Below, piece after piece: positions 63,526 to 64,000 of a stretch of DNA of 64,000 nucleotides. Source of the stretch: Haliotis rufescens. Taxonomy: Eukaryota. A model generated the notes under the pieces. That model was not told the origin of the DNA. It made no database searches and saw only the letters and a list, made by a program, of their open reading frames with translations. The stretch is taken from NCBI RefSeq assembly GCF_023055435.1, contig NW_025963868.1, forward strand, positions 2,914,001 to 2,978,000, read 5' to 3'. The stretch's first letter is position 1. Each line of letters opens with the position of its first letter. The position numbers were made by a program, and so were the translations under genes.

Positions 63526-64000
63526 TATTCATTACCAAACTAAACTTCTTGTAGACATGATTGAACAGACATCTTTCTGACCATAACAAATGTTCATGAA
63601 ACTAATCAGAATTAAATTGAAGTTGTTTTAGCCCCTACTTACCTAGTTCTGAAACACATTAGAGTACATCCTCACCGACATACTTGTAAGGATGGACCAC
63701 TACAGAAGCTGTAGTCCTGTAATGCTACAAGCCCAGACTGATGTCAGGCTGAGGACCTTCGAAATGACAGAAATAAATCATAACACCATTACCTTCACCT
63801 CATTCTATGCATTCATAATCAAGTGAGTTTGCACAGTGAGTTTACTGTTGTGGAAGATCAACAGATCCAGCAAATATCCCTGGACAATGTGAGAGCACAC
63901 TGATGACGGAGTGGCATCTGCACCTCCACAAACACCAGGCTCTGTCAACACAAGGATTACCCCTCATCAGGCAATTCCCAAATCCCATCAGCACACATAG

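Overview
This is eukaryotic (animal) genomic DNA, not prokaryotic. The repeat content points to a mollusc, probably a gastropod such as abalone (inference). The window is mostly the 5' part of one large-intron gene on the minus strand. Three phase-compatible coding exons (50155-50040, 22008-21915, 583-495) splice into MLMEPASSMFDVQNIYGTPQIPRKRPCLRPRRMTLIDLR-NVPLTEEDAPQRKSSAGTIRSEGGASQYYAK-GGGILPVYDSSSSLESRCSSSSMKIRHHS..., a protein I cannot name. The introns (28 kb and 21 kb) also contain several candidate alternative first exons and a candidate 15-nt microexon. They hold four SINE-type families with related 3' tails: A (tRNA-Asp-like head), B (no tRNA head, structured RNA head), C (Meta/MESC-like) and D (V-domain-like). 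Other repeats are non-autonomous DNA transposons with 9-, 5-, 6- and 2-bp target duplications, a Helentron/HINE-type element carrying a 156-bp array, a piggyBac relic, a Naiad-type Penelope-like relic with TGA at a conserved Cys codon, and about a dozen minisatellites. All long ORFs in the supplied track come from tandem repeats. The best leads are the ribozyme-like head of family B, the possible selenocysteine codon in the Penelope-like relic and the multi-promoter/dual-acceptor gene architecture. Family names come from recalled consensus features and were not checked against a database.
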